Notes under the pieces: model-generated
The model's input: the letters and a program-made list of their open reading frames with translations, nothing else
Database searches by the model: none
What the model was told of the DNA's origin: nothing
Position numbers and translations under genes: made by a program
Part shown: positions 13,515-27,377 of the stretch, piece by piece
How positions within the stretch are numbered: position 1 is the first letter of the stretch
How the letters are laid out: every line of letters starts with the position of its first letter
Assembly: GCA_023213395.1 (NCBI GenBank)
Contig: CM041465.1
Location: forward strand, 122,147,741 to 122,211,740
From: Cycas panzhihuaensis
Taxonomy: Eukaryota; Plantae; Cycadophyta
Reading direction: 5' to 3'
Length of the DNA: 64,000 bases

Positions 13515-15633
13515 AGGATAACTTCTACTAAGCTAGTATGAATCTTAGTGAATTGATCTTTAAAATTACTTTGGTAAATATGTCTACAAGTTTCTTTTCA
13601 CTTAGACAGAAGTTGCCGTATAACTTTCTTACCTTGATTTATTCACATATGCGGTGGTATTGGATTTCAATGTGCTCCATGCATATACGAAACTCTAGAT
13701 TCTTTAATAAAGGAATAGTGCTCTGATTATCGACAAAAATAATTAGAGTATTACAAGATATACCAAGGATATCGAAAAGTCCTTATAACCAAACAACTTG
13801 TTAGGTATCAACAATGAGTCCTTGATACTCTACTTTTGTACAAGATAGTGCCACTATTTGTTGTTTCTTTGGTTGCTATTATACAAATCCATTGCCAATA
13901 CCAAACATATATCTAGCAATGGACTTTTTTATCATTAGAGCCTCCTCCCCAATCTACATCAGTGTAGCCATACAACTTTATATCTCCATCACGAAAGTAC
14001 TTTAAACTAAGGTTAAGAGTTCCCTTCAAATATCTCAAAATCTATTTTGCTATAACCTAATGTGGTTCTTGTGAATTCTATATATAATCAGAAACTAATC
14101 TGACAACATAAATAATATCTATCCTAGCATGAATCAAATAGATGAGTCCCCTACTATAGTTATTTATATAATATTCCATCTACTCCAAGTTGTTTCATAT
14201 CTTTCAAGAGCTTTATACCTTTAATGCATGGTGTTTAAATAGGCTTGCAACCCTCTATCTTAAACTTCTCAAGTAGGGTCTTCACATATATTGTTTGTAA
14301 CATCATAAATCTATCTTCCATCTACCTTACCTTAATGCCTAAGAAATAATGCAAAGCCTTGAGATCTATCGTGTCAAAAGTTGCTTCCAAATTAGATTTT
14401 ATTTGTATAATCATCTTATTATAATTATTAACGATAACCAAATTATCAATATTCAACACAATAGCTACCATGGAAGTTCCTTTCCTTTGAACATATAGAT
14501 TTGGCTCTAAATCTATGGTAACAAATCCTTTTTCTTTCAATTTAGGATTGATCTTTACATATCAAGCACATTGTGCTTATTTCATGCCATAAATTAATTT
14601 CTTTAATTGACTCATAAGATGCCCTTAACATTCCTTAATGAAACCAAAAGATTATACTATGTATATCTCCTCTTTTAACTCTCCATTGAGGAAGGTTGAT
14701 TTTATATCCAATTGATGCAGTTCCCAACCATATTTTATTGCTAGTGAAAATATCAAATAGACCATTACCATCTTAGAGGCTAGTGTAAATGTCTCTTTAT
14801 AATTGATCCCTTCTTTCTACTTAAACCATTGTGCAATAAGTCTTACCTTGTATATGTCCAAATGTCCATCAAAGAAGAACTTAATCTTATAGACCCATTT
14901 ACAACCAACAAGGTTTTTCTTATGAGGTAAAGGAACTAACTCCAATGTTGCATTTCTTATAAAAGAGCCAAGTTCCTCTTTTACTTATAAGATTATATAA
15001 CATCACACCAAAATCTTAAATGGTCTCCCTGGCCCATAATGGCATAAAAACACCCAATGCTATAGGTGCTTCCACTTGTGACTACTCCTCATTATTATCT
15101 TTTTCACTCAATCCTTCTTCCCTTTGAATCATAGTGCTTAGCTCTTTATCCTCTATAGTTGATGAAGCACCAACATAAAATGGAAGTAGTATGGAGTAAA
15201 AGGATTATTTAGATAATATCTTCTCAGTGTGATACGTCGTAGACTTATCAAATTTTGCATCTTGACTAATCATAAGTTTGCTCCCTTGTAGATCCCACAG
15301 TTTGTAAGCTTTATTTTGATTAGAATATCCCATAAATATACACTCTTGACTCTCGCGAGCCAATATTTTTTTATTTTCATCTAGGATGTGTGCATATGTA
15401 ATGCACCTAAAGGTCTTCAAATAGTCAGTGATAGGTTTTGACCAGTCCATTTTTCTTTAGGGATCATGCAATAAACTACTTTTGTTGGTACCCTATTCAA
15501 GATATAAATAACAATCCCAATAATTTCTACCTAAATTTTAGGTGGTAAGTACTTTATATGTATTATATACCTTGTATTTCCATTATGGTATAATTCCTTT
15601 TTCTAGTAACACCATTTTGTTGTGGGGTATATA
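13515..15633 (-). pseudogene. Copia-A integrase C-terminal half, RT and RNase H
   Basis: TPQQNGV at the junction; ORF 15205-15450 (CIFMGYS..KAYKLWD); ORF 14322-14540 (RT); RNase H YTDVDWGG and DIFTKV. Confidence 0.9.
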
Positions 15634-16046
15634 TGTTAAAAGATCAACAACATCCCCTTATATTGTAAATCAATATATATTGTATTCATATATATAGTTT
15701 AATGACTCCTTATTGTAATTTAATAAAATTAAATAAAGCATTGAATCCACCGTACGCTGCATAACAGGCCAATCTTAATACACTATTATGTTAGCTAATG
15801 TAACATAATAACTATTGTATATTGGTCTATAAATTAGACCCATTCATCATCCATGCATGTTATATTAAATTTCTCATGCAGAAGCTTTGATAATTTAAAT
15901 ATTGCATGGTGTAACCAATTTGCCCATCACATCATTCCTACAATCAATTTGTTGTGTTATTTATGTTAATATTTACACTTTATTACCATGCATTACTTGT
16001 GTAAATTGTGTACATTGTTATTTCAATCATATTAATAAATTTCACA
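15634..16046 (+). repeat. 5' LTR of Copia-B
   Basis: TG...CA termini, followed by a tRNA-iMet-type PBS; colinear with 22470-22883. Confidence 0.93.
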
Positions 16047-18014
16047 TGGTATCAAAGTCATTTATATGTGTAAATCATGTTTACTGTAAGTTATTTCACT
16101 CTATTTAATGAAAATGAGAGCCCATTTGGTGGAAACGACATCCCATTTGCTATCAGTTTTATATTTGTATGTCATTTCTACTAGTCAGACTATTTGATCA
16201 TGCTGCAGGTTGTGTTCATGACATGCACCATTCTTAGCAGTTATTTGGTTATTTGCAAGTGACTCTTTATTATCATTTGAAGTTGCACCCATCAAAATGA
16301 TGTATCATTTCAGCCATTTTAGCTCGTTCAACCTCTATTTTCTCTCATACCAATTTGTTGTGGTTATAAATCTACTCGTGGGCACACTAATATGAGTATT
16401 GGCTACCTATAGGAGGATCGTATAGCCACATAGGAACCTGAGGGTCTTTTTTGATCCATCGCAGAGGTGTTTTTATCTTTTTTTAGTCCATTATTCATCT
16501 TGGGACCCGTATGACTGCGTAGAAGATTTTAAAGTCATGGGGCACTCATTCAAGCTCGAATCTGCCTCTACTCTATCCCTACATCACTTTGGTGGGCCTC
16601 ACATTGATATCCACTAAATTTCGTCAATTTCAATTGAGATTTCATTAGTTTTACTTCATCGTGGACACCCAAAACTGTGTGCAAACTATCAAGATTTTTA
16701 ATTTAATTTTTATCATTTTTTTTAGAAAGTTCTTAATAAATTTAATCATATTTGATTTGGCACTCAAATCTACAAAGGGGACTATGTTTTTTGTCACATT
16801 GGACCCTATGTGATCAAAGGTTTCATTTATTAAAGAGGTGGACTTGAAATTTTATAAACTCTTTTGTATAAAATTTACAAAAACAAAAAGTTTATTTGAT
16901 ATTTCAATCTTTTTGAGGTTCATTAGCCCCCCTAACCACTCATCTGGTGGTCACATGGGCCTGTTTGGTGACTGGGAACTACTTTAGAAGGGGGCTTAAG
17001 CCAAATGCCCACTATTTCACCTTCATAAAGAGGTCTTTCAAGTGTTTTAGGCATAACATTTTAATGGGAAGTCAGATTTGAGCATTGTTCAAATTGTTGG
17101 AAACCTAATTCAACGCTCCACTATTTAGAGTAGGTTTCAACCATTTTTTAGTAGATCTTTAAGGGTTTATAAGCAGTCAAAGTAAACTCTTTTATTTAAG
17201 ATAGAATAAGTTTATTTTCACTAATTGAAGGCTTATTTTTTAGTTTAGGATACTTCTAATAGCTAAATGTTGATTATTTACACTTGGTTTATTGTCCTAT
17301 CTACTTCTTTACTTACTTTTTTATGTGCATTATGGTTGTAGGTGTCATCCTTGGATGAAGGAGGTTGATTTCCTCTCGAATGCAAAATCACCTTTAGAGC
17401 ACCATACGCTCTTCATCTTTCTTTCAATTGTTGCATTTACTTAGAGTCTTTTTCTTTCATTTCATAAAAGGAACCCTCCTTATTTAAATAAAATCACACT
17501 TTAAAAAGAATTTCAACTCAAAAGATTAACTAAGATAATCCTAAATTTATAAATAAAACTATTTACTGGTCTTACAAGGGGAATAATTAGGATCATTGAA
17601 GTTACCACTCTACATACATCATTGGCTATTCTCGAATTAGAGAAGTTGGTTGGTTATAAGGTGTATTAAGTAACAAGCTAAGATGTAAAAATATTACTTT
17701 GGGGATTGGAGACCAGGCTAGACCCAAATGGGGTGAATGCCTTAGTTTGTAGTCCTTTGCTAATTTGTTGCTAGGCATAAGTCTAGCATAGGTGGATGAA
17801 CAAAACAGGGGGGTCTTTAACCTTCTTAGTAACTCACATACTGAGGTATATAGAGCCTAGAACTCATGTATTGGTATATAGGGTCCCTCTTTTACCTTGT
17901 GTGGGTAAGCACTACTAGAAAAAATAGCAATTGAGGGCTTCTTAGAGACCCTTAAACATAACATTCTAGATTAGTAGCCCAACTAGGTAGATAGGACACC
18001 AAAGACACTTAAAA

Positions 18015-21000
18015 ATGGTAGCCCAAATGCTTCTATTGAATAACATAAAACATAATAGAACACCTAATTTCATAACTTGGAAGAAATAAGTTAAGAACCT
18101 ACTTATAATGAATGATTATTGAGAATATATCAATAGGAATATACCTCTTCCTATACTTAACAAGGACCCTAATAACCTTACAATTGAGATACCTCTTGAT
18201 CTAGTTACCTTAGCCACTTTCAAAGCTAAGGGAAACATTGCTCTATCATTCCTCCATCTAGATGTTGAGGGTCAAGTTGACCAAAATATTAAAACTACCT
18301 AAACTTCTCATGAAGCATGGAGCATCTTATGTCCCTTTATGAGGAAAAAGATGATTCAAGATCCATTACTCTCAAAGCATGTCTCTTTGATATACTTTTA
18401 CTGATAATGTTACCTCTCATTTAATTGAATCAAAACCATCCAAAATAAATTCATTAACCTTGGTACACCTCCCTCAGACCATGACTTAGTGTCCTATGTC
18501 ATTAATATCCTTTCCATTAGGTTTAATAGCTTTATCACCAGCTCTACGATGCCTTTACTAAAATGAATTTCAACACTCTAGAGGGACTTTTGCTAAAGAG
18601 GGAAGGAATTTTCCATCATCAAGGTATGGCATCAACTTTTGACTCTACCTCTATATTAGTAGTTAGGAATATAGATCAGAATTAGCCACATAATCAACCC
18701 TGTTAGTAGTTACCACCTCAGTAATCCCTTTCTTAAAGGTTTGGTTCTTTGGATATTTCAGAACAGCCCTAACAGCTTCAATAGCCACAACAACCTCAAT
18801 GACCCCAATAGACACCATAATCTCAACTGTTAAAGAATCAACAACATAGATAGAATATCACTTGTAATATTGTGAAAAAAATAGGCACCTTGATGTTGAT
18901 TGTAGGAGGAGACTGGCCGACTTCTAGATGTTTCAAAACCAAGGGGGTAATCATGTGGGCCTAGCTTTCAATAAGGAGGTTGTTACTTTCAATAAGGAGG
19001 CACTAGTTCTCCATAAGGAGGATCAAGTTTTCAATAAGGAGGCCAATACTTCTAACAAGGTGGCCAACTTTATTAATAGAATAAAAATCAAAGGAAAAAC
19101 CAGAATCAAGGATAAGCCAAAGGCCTAGACATCAACCTAGGAACTAGAGAAACAACATAAATACATAGCAAAGAGGTAATGTTACTGAAACATAAGACTC
19201 CATCCCAAAAAATCTATTTTTACTGCTTTGTCATCCCAATACATTAACAACTCCTAATTAATTGATTTTAGTGCCATACATTATGTGACCATCACCAAGG
19301 ACTTGTTGGAGGAGACTCATTCAATCTAAGCTCAAACTGTCACATTTAGAGACAACCTCACTTATGATATGACTAAGGTTGGAAGGGCTCCCATTGCATT
19401 GAAGGATTCTAAAATATAATATCATATAAACAACATTTTCTAGTTCTAAGCATGAAGACGAACTTGCTTTCTATAAGCCAAATCAATAAGAAAAACCTAG
19501 ATGTACTTTCTAGTCAAGGCATCTAAACAATAACAAACCATGCTACTAGAAAACTCATTACAGTAGGACATGAGGATAGTGACCTCTATGAACTTGATAG
19601 TGTTTCCCTTATCACTATTCCCTCACCAGAATCTTATGCCACTACCCACAACACTCAGGATGATAAAGGGAAAGAAGTCGTTGTGTAAGAACCTTCCCTT
19701 ATGTAAGAATAAGGTGAATGTGTTCACACATTATAGAGTTGACCACCTCCAAATATACTAAGGACTAGTTATTGTATCAACACCTTGGTCAACTTAACAT
19801 CTTGAGTCTAAATCTCATGTATATGCTCTAAATGGTGCATTGACTCCCCAAAATCAAAAGAAATAGGTGTATCTATGAGGCATGCCTAATTGGAAAGAAG
19901 GATAGGGAGTCATTTCCTTTTAATAGAGCATGAAGAGCCTCTAAACCCTTTGGATTAATCCATTCAGACATATGTGGGCCCATGTCAACTCTTTCACTCA
20001 AGGGAAACTTGTATTTCATAACAATCATTGATTATTATTCCGAGAAAGTATGGATCTAACTTCTTAAGCATAAATTCTAGTCTTTTGATAAGTTTAATGA
20101 GTTTAAAGCCAAGGTGGAAAATGAAATAGAAATGAATATCAAGATGCTTAGGTCAGATAATAAAGTGGAGTATACATCTAACTAGTTCACTAACTTTTGC
20201 AAATAGTTTGGTATCAAACGTCAATTTTCAACCCCTTGCACACCTTAACAAAACAATGTTATATAAAAAATAAACCAAACTTTAGTGAACAAAGCTAAAG
20301 TTATGTTGAACTCTTTCAATAGCCACCTATATTACCAATAGGAGTGCCACAATAGCAGTCTGTGATATCACTCCGAGGAGTCTTGGTTAGGCCAAAAGCA
20401 TGTAGTCTCTTATCTCAGAACATTTGGTTGCACTACCTATAAGCATGTACCTAAGGAGAATAGAAAGAAATTTGATGATAAAAGCCTTAATCACATCTTT
20501 GTTAGATATGTGGCTAGATGTAAAGCATATAAAGTATATGGCCCTATTGGAGATCAAGTATATACTACTCATAACATCACTTTTATTGAAGAGATAATTG
20601 ATTTAGACCCTTCTCAAGTTTAATTTATAGTAGACGAAGATATATATATCCCTATAGTGCCTCTTGCATCAATTCTTGAGCCACTTGCACCAAAATCTTT
20701 ATACACTCCAAATCCTTCTTCAATTCCAGTAACTTCTTTTTCAAATTCAAATGCCACATCAGTTATACCTCCCATCTCAGTAGATGATCTTCATGTGGAG
20801 GTCACTAGCCTTCAAAAGGTCCCTAAGTGGTATCAATAGTTTATTAAGGATGCTCCTTCTCCACCATCTATTCCCAAGAAAGAGTCTAAGATGAGACACT
20901 CAACCAACTATGCCTTGATGGAACGAGTCCTCGAGACCCCTGAGCCTTCCATATTTGAGGAGGCAGTAACAATCAAACTTGAAAAGCAACCATGGATGAT

Positions 21001-22460
21001 GATATATACTCAATCCTCAAGAATAACACATGGGATCTAATAAAATTGTGACTAAGAAAGAAACCAATTAATTATCGATGGCTTTACAAGATAAAATTTC
21101 ATGCTGATGGTGCCATTAAGCATTATAGAGCTCACATGGTTGCAAAGGGTTTTAAACAACAAGAAGGGATTAATTATGATGAGACCTTTACACCTATTTC
21201 TAACATGACTACATTTCGTTTAGTTATGTTACTTGCAACTCAGTTCAATTAGCTCATATACCAAATAGACGTTAAGAGTGTTTTCCTTAATGAAGAACTC
21301 ACTAAAGAGTTTTTCTTGAAGCAACCTCCCAACTACATTGTTCCTGGCAAAGAATATCTAGTTTGTAAGCTTAAGAAAGCCCTTTATAAATTGAAATAGG
21401 CACCATGTTCCTAGTATGCTAAGATTGATGCATTTCTCACTCATCATGGATTCACTAGTTCACCATCTGATTCAGACCTATACATTCGAATTAGAGGAAA
21501 CTTGATCACTATCATAGTGCTCTATATGGATCACATGGCAATCACTGGAAATGATGATGATGGCATAGCTTGGCTCTAATATGAACTTAAAAGCAACTTT
21601 GACATGAGAGATCTTAGGTTTCTATACTATTTCCTTAGAATTTGAGTGTGGCAAGAACTAGATCACATATTCCTATCACAATCTAAGTACTCAAATAAAC
21701 TATTGTAGAGATTTAGAAAGGATGACTATAAACCTGTACTAATTCCAATAACTATAGGAACCAAGCTCAACATGAATGAATAAGGCAAACCTTTAGATCC
21801 CACTTTGTACTAGCTATTGGTTGAGAGTCTCATTAACCTTACTCACACTTATTTAGATGTTTCCTATGCAGTTGGGATCTACTCTAAGTATATGACACAA
21901 CCTAAGGCATCTCACTTGAAGGTCACTACTAGAATTCTCAAGTATATCAATGGAACACTTTAGATTGGGCTTGATTACACCCAAGTTAATTTTCCCATCC
22001 TTAAAAGATTCATAGATGCAAACTAGATAGGTTGTTAGGATGCTTGCCATTCAACATTAGGTTACTATTTTGTTATCTCCTAGAGTTATAAGAAACAACC
22101 TATTGTTGCTCTTTCCTCTACTGAAGTTGAATATAAAGTAGTTATCCATACCACCATAAAGTTGATCTGACTTAGAAGGATTCTTACCAAACTTGGACTT
22201 CAACAAACTTCAACTATCATTCTCTATTGTCACAATCAAAGTATATTGAAGATGACAAAGAATCCAATTTCCATGTTGGAACCAAGCATATTGAGGTCTG
22301 TTATCACTTCATCTGTGAACATGTTCAAAATAGGAAAGTTGATCTTATATATCAACCTAATAAAGACTAAGTGGCCAACATCTTCACCAAAGCACTTGCC
22401 AAACCAAAATTTGAAAGGTTTTGACACAACCTCGATGTCACATCAAACAGAGTTGTTGTT
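18015..22460 (+). pseudogene. Copia-B gag-pol (gag, CCHC knuckle, protease, integrase, RT, RNase H)
   Basis: MVAQMLL...NFITWK start; CEKNRHLDVDC knuckle remnant; IDFSAIHYVT protease; IHSDICGP integrase; NNTWDL and KLKKALY RT; ANIFTKAL RNase H; pervasive stops. Confidence 0.9.
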
Positions 22461-22469
22461 AAATGAGGG

Positions 22470-22883
22470 TATTAAAACATTAATAATAGCCCCCTATATT
22501 ATAAATCAATAAATATTGTATTCATACGTATAGTTTAAGAATCCCTTTATTGTAATTTAATGAAATTAAATAAAGCATCAGGTCCACCATATGCCACATA
22601 ATAGGCCAATCTTAATACACCATTATACTAGCTAATATAACGTAATAACTACCATATATTGGTCTATAAATTAGACCTATTCATAACTCATGTATGTTAT
22701 ATTGAATTGCTCATATGAAAACTTTGATAATTTGAATATTGTGCAGTGTAATTAATTTGCTCACTGCATCATTCCTACAATTAATTTATTGTGTTATTTG
22801 TGTTAATGTTTGCACTTTATTGCCATGCATTACTTGTGTAAATTATGTACATTGTTATTTTGATCCTGTTAATAAATTTCTCA
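22470..22883 (+). repeat. 3' LTR of Copia-B
   Basis: Follows PPT-like aaatgaggg; starts TA (mutated TG) and ends CA. Confidence 0.93.
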
Positions 22884-24639
22884 ATATGGGACTATGAATT
22901 CCCACTTTATACAATGATTTGGATAGAACTAATTGAAAACATTATTATCATATTCCTTTCCATTATCACTCATTAAATTTTTTTTCTTCTCGCATTCATT
23001 TTTGATATGTACCTTCCATTCACAAAAGCAATTGAACACTCCAGACTTATTCTTTAGGAAATATACCTAGTCCTTGTTAGTATAATGATATATAAACACT
23101 AAAAGGTAGTGAGCTCCAAATATAGAAAGGTTTAAGAGAGTACCTATCAAATCAAAATGTATAATCTCTATCTTCTCCTTGGCTCTCCAGGTACAATATC
23201 AAGCAAAAGGATAGTGAGAATGATTTTTGTATATGCACACTTCACATACATCTTTTGAACAAGAAACATGGAGCAACCCTTCCACCATTTTTAGTTAATT
23301 CATAAATGCAATACTGTTATAATTAAGGCATCTGAGGCATTCATGCTACAGTTTACTCACATTATATGTATTGGCTACAAACACATAGGTTCAATTCTGG
23401 GGTTAAAACTTCTCAAATGCCCAAAAATTATCCCTCATTATTTTGATAGCAATGACAAAGAAATATTATTTCATATCCTTAATTAGGCATCTATCTTAAT
23501 AGAGCTCAAACTTCATACCTTATTTGCATATCTCTTAGGCTAATAGAAGATTTATTTTCATTTTAGATATGTAATATACACTTTTAAATTTGCCTCATGC
23601 AAGTAAAACACTGTTAATGCCTTTAACAGGCAATATACTTACATCTCTAAGAATGATTTTTCTACTTTACTAGGACCAGAATTCCATCCGTCAAAGTTCT
23701 ATTTCTAAAAAGAATATGCTTCTACACTCTTGAATCTAAAATTTAGTAGTCTCTCTTATTTGATTCAGCTAACAAAGTAGATATTTTTACATAGTAAGTT
23801 CCAACACCCTTTCCTTTCTCATTCTTACTTACTTTGCATTTATCTTACCTTTTAAACTAACAGTTCTTCTTTTTATAGCCATCTTTCTTGTAGTAAGTAC
23901 ATTTACCATTAAACTTCTTCTTCTCCCAAGATCCTTCTCTTGATTTTTGTGGACTTCCCTTCCTTAATGTCATCTCTCATCTACGACTTCATGACTAAAT
24001 CTTGATTTGATTTACAATCATCAAGCAAACCATAGGGCTTCAACTTAGCATCTTTGGCTAGAATGAGACCTTTCAACTTCTCAAATGTTTTACCCTTCAT
24101 TAGTTCATCCCTTGAAAAGTTCCAAATATAGCTAGTAATTTTATCATAATTAACACAGAAGTTCCAATTATAGCTAGTAATTTTGTCATAATTAACACAT
24201 ATAATAGTTCATCATTAATTAAGTCAGAATTTATCTTCTCTAATTTATTTCTCAAACTCATTATTTTATTTAGGTAGATGCTTATGTTGCTTTCGTCTTC
24301 TATTATTGCATTAAAAAACTCTATCATCAAAACAACACAATAATTTATCTTTTTCTTTTCAAGTGTCTTACACAATTTTGTTCATATTTTAATTGGTTTA
24401 TCTAGGTTGTAGACTATAGCCCTTTAGTTTGGAGCTAAAGACAATTTCAATAGCCCAACAGGCATAAATTGCTTCTCTTCTTAATGAACTCTCTCTTTCT
24501 CATCTAAGGGAATTGCAAGTAGCTCATCTTTGGTAATTTCCCGGAGTTGGTTTACCATTAAAACCAATTCTATGTTAGCCTTCTACTCACTGAAATTATT
24601 TCTATTAAAAATAACTTGAGACATCATCCTTTCCATCAT
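22884..24639 (-). pseudogene. Copia-A gag, protease and integrase N-terminal half
   Basis: Start MMERMMSQVIFNRNNFSE*K; ORF 24100-24375 (gag); KCTYYKKDGY..KNC knuckle; ILDSRV protease; CEVC and zinc-finger remnants. Confidence 0.88.
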
Positions 24640-25035
24640 GAGAAATAGACTTAAAAAATAATTATTTTCTCCAAACTGCTTGATGTTTAGCCAGCTACAT
24701 AACCCCCAATACACTTCAGAACCTTTATTTGCTAGCAAATTTACCAAAAAAATATGATTTATAACAAACTTTAGTAGTAGACTTTAATAGTACCAACCTC
24801 ACATTAGCTCTAGGCTTTAATGGTTTGACGCCCTCCACAGATGGGGGACCAAAAACACACTTCAATATCCTAAAAATGCTTTGAAATGTGAAAAAATAAT
24901 AGTATTTGGGTTAAAAATGATAAGCCTAATTTTTTTAAAGAATCATAAAGAAAATATTTACTTGAAATGATGATATTTGAATCGAAACCAACAAAAACGA
25001 TAAAGTGCAATGGTATTTTCCCTCCAAACTTTGAA

Positions 25036-25097
25036 TATATATATAGAAAGATAGATAGATATACATACATACACACATACATACATACACATACACA

Positions 25098-25139
<42 letters not shown>
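25036..25139. repeat. Compound microsatellite (TA)n-(GATA)n-(CATA)n-(CA)n
   Basis: Directly visible; lies in the 5' leader of Copia-A. Confidence 0.95.
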
Positions 25140-25762
25140 AGTTTTTTTAAATAAAGAATAAAGTGAATATGCTCAATATGGGTAGTTGCATCCTATTCAC
25201 CCACATGCCTTTTAAAATTGGCATGACTTTATAAGACATATCAAAAAGTCAAATATCAACTATATTTGATTCTTATTAAGGTTTTTGACCTTACTATATC
25301 ATAGATGGTGTAAAGTGAAGAGCGGCAACTCAAAATGATTGAGTATGAACAAACATCTCCTGTGCGACTTCTATCGATTAATGATGATGATTCAAGCCTA
25401 CTATATCCATGAAAGATATGCATATGCCTCCTCAAATCATTATTACACAGGTGAGTAACTATCAACAAGTTCATGGATCCACAAACAAGTGAATAATGTT
25501 TTTTTGAAGTTGTTTACTTAACATAATCTAGGCTAACACGCTCTACTAATATCAAATGCAACTACACAGTCTTCAAAACTAACCAACACCATTAATATGA
25601 CTAAAAGACTTCCTAAGTGGATCCAATCACACCCATAGTTGATGTTAATATGCTTTTTGATGATCAAATACTTAATTTAGTACCCAACAATGTTAGATGA
25701 CTTTCAAATGGAGGCTAACTTTCTCAAATCATGTCTAGTGCATCTTAACACTGTTACATCAC

Positions 25763-26539
25763 TGTTAGTTTTGGCCCAATATATTAGGGTCAAATTAGAG
25801 GCATGTGTACCCAAAAGAAGGAACATATGATAAATGAGATATAATATGACTAGATAAATATAGGAGAATCACCCAAAAAGCATCCAAGATGAGGGATGCA
25901 TGACTTAGAAGTAGGAATAAGGCAACAACGTCTAAAAGTGAGAGTAGAACACTATGTGTTATGTTGAAGGAATGGACAACAAACACCAAACACACGTGGA
26001 ACATACACAGAACACTCAAAACAAAAGTAAGCCATGTGGACAAAGTTGTACGAATGCACATGTGGAAGACCAATAGACATGATAATTAATCTGGGATTAA
26101 TTATCAAAGGGTATGCATTATGGGAAAGGAATGGTTATGACCGTTGGTCATAATAGTTTCCAATAGGCATGCATATCTTATTTAAACATACTCATAAATC
26201 ATTTCAATGTGAGAGCTAAGTTACTTAATCTTATGTTATACTCTCAAGGGTGAGAGCTAAGTTTAAAATTTTTTTGGGATAATATTGCATGAGAAAATGT
26301 GATGTAAAACGATGATTTTTTTCAATAAAATATTAAAGTTATGAGAAATGTATGTCTTCTATGTATTTATATTGATATGATAATGAATATATGATAGTAT
26401 AATGTGATTGTGTTTATATTGTGGACTTATGAGGTATGTTATGAGATAGTAACCAGCATGTTGACCATGACCCCAATATAGGCTACAATGGAAAACCCTT
26501 AACAAGTCCATTCTCCTCAGAGCTAGGAGAGAGTGAACA
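25763..26539 (+). repeat. 5' LTR of Gypsy-C
   Basis: Colinear with 49782-50543 from 25782 onward; ends ...gagtgaaca followed by t + tggtttcatt (PBS position). Confidence 0.88.
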
Positions 26540-27377
26540 TTGGTTTCATTTGTCTAAGTCTAATAATAGAGGTAAAAATAAAACTAGAACCCTTTACGCA
26601 TAAAGATTAAGTCACCCTGGTTGTCAGAGTGATGGCAAGTTCTAATTAAGCCTCAACAGTCAGGAGGACCTTCCAATGCCACCTTAATGGCCTTAAAGGC
26701 AAAGGAGCAATAAACAAAACCTAAGGGGATAACAGAATCAAGCAAACAAAAATCATTAAGTGGTCAAAGGAGAAAAAACTAAGACGGGCAAGGAGATTGA
26801 GTATAAGGAAAAGGGAAGATTAAACAGAAGTTGTTGAAGAATATGAGGCAAGAAGCGCCCAAATATCACAAAATATAAAAAATGAAGACCAACAGGAGCC
26901 AATGACAATGACACCTACCCCAAAGAAGTTTTACAATTTTGATACAAAAAAAAATAGAAAAAGGGAAAGAAATTAAAAAGAGAAGAGAGGAAATTCTTAA
27001 GGAAAATTGTGAAGGAAAGAAAATAAAAACCTATGAAGAGGAACCAAGTCTAGACTCTACTTCAAATGATCTAAGTGAGAATGAAGAAAAGGCAGAGGAA
27101 GGTCCCTAGGCATATTAGGAGAATCATTTAATAAATCAATTGTTTAAGGATCTACCAGAGAGAAGGTTAAATCAATCATTCCTAGTAACAACTCCATTTG
27201 TAGTAGAAATACTAAGAATCCCAAAATTTATACAATTAAAAACACCAATTCAAAATCTCTTGTTTGTAAGGGAGCACAGGGAAGAAGAGACACCATTAAG
27301 TGGACTATATTAAAAAAATTCAAAGGGAAAAGAGATAACTCCACCACCAAGGGAGGAGTAAGTAAATAGCTCCAAAA

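Larger units (their letters stand above)
15634..22883 (+). mobile_element. Copia-B: full-length decayed Ty1/copia element inserted in the integrase of Copia-A
   Basis: LTRs 15634-16046 and 22470-22883; PBS tggtatcaaagt 16047-16058; TSD ATATA/ATATG; removing it restores Copia-A ...FIVPYTPQQNGV. Confidence 0.93.

Noticed and set aside
24870-25132. ORFs encoding MCVCVCV...
   Set aside because: Translation of the (CA)n/(CATA)n microsatellite, not genes.
25746-25782. TSD for Gypsy-C
   Set aside because: The right flank aaaca matches none of the candidate left flanks exactly, so the boundary is left approximate.
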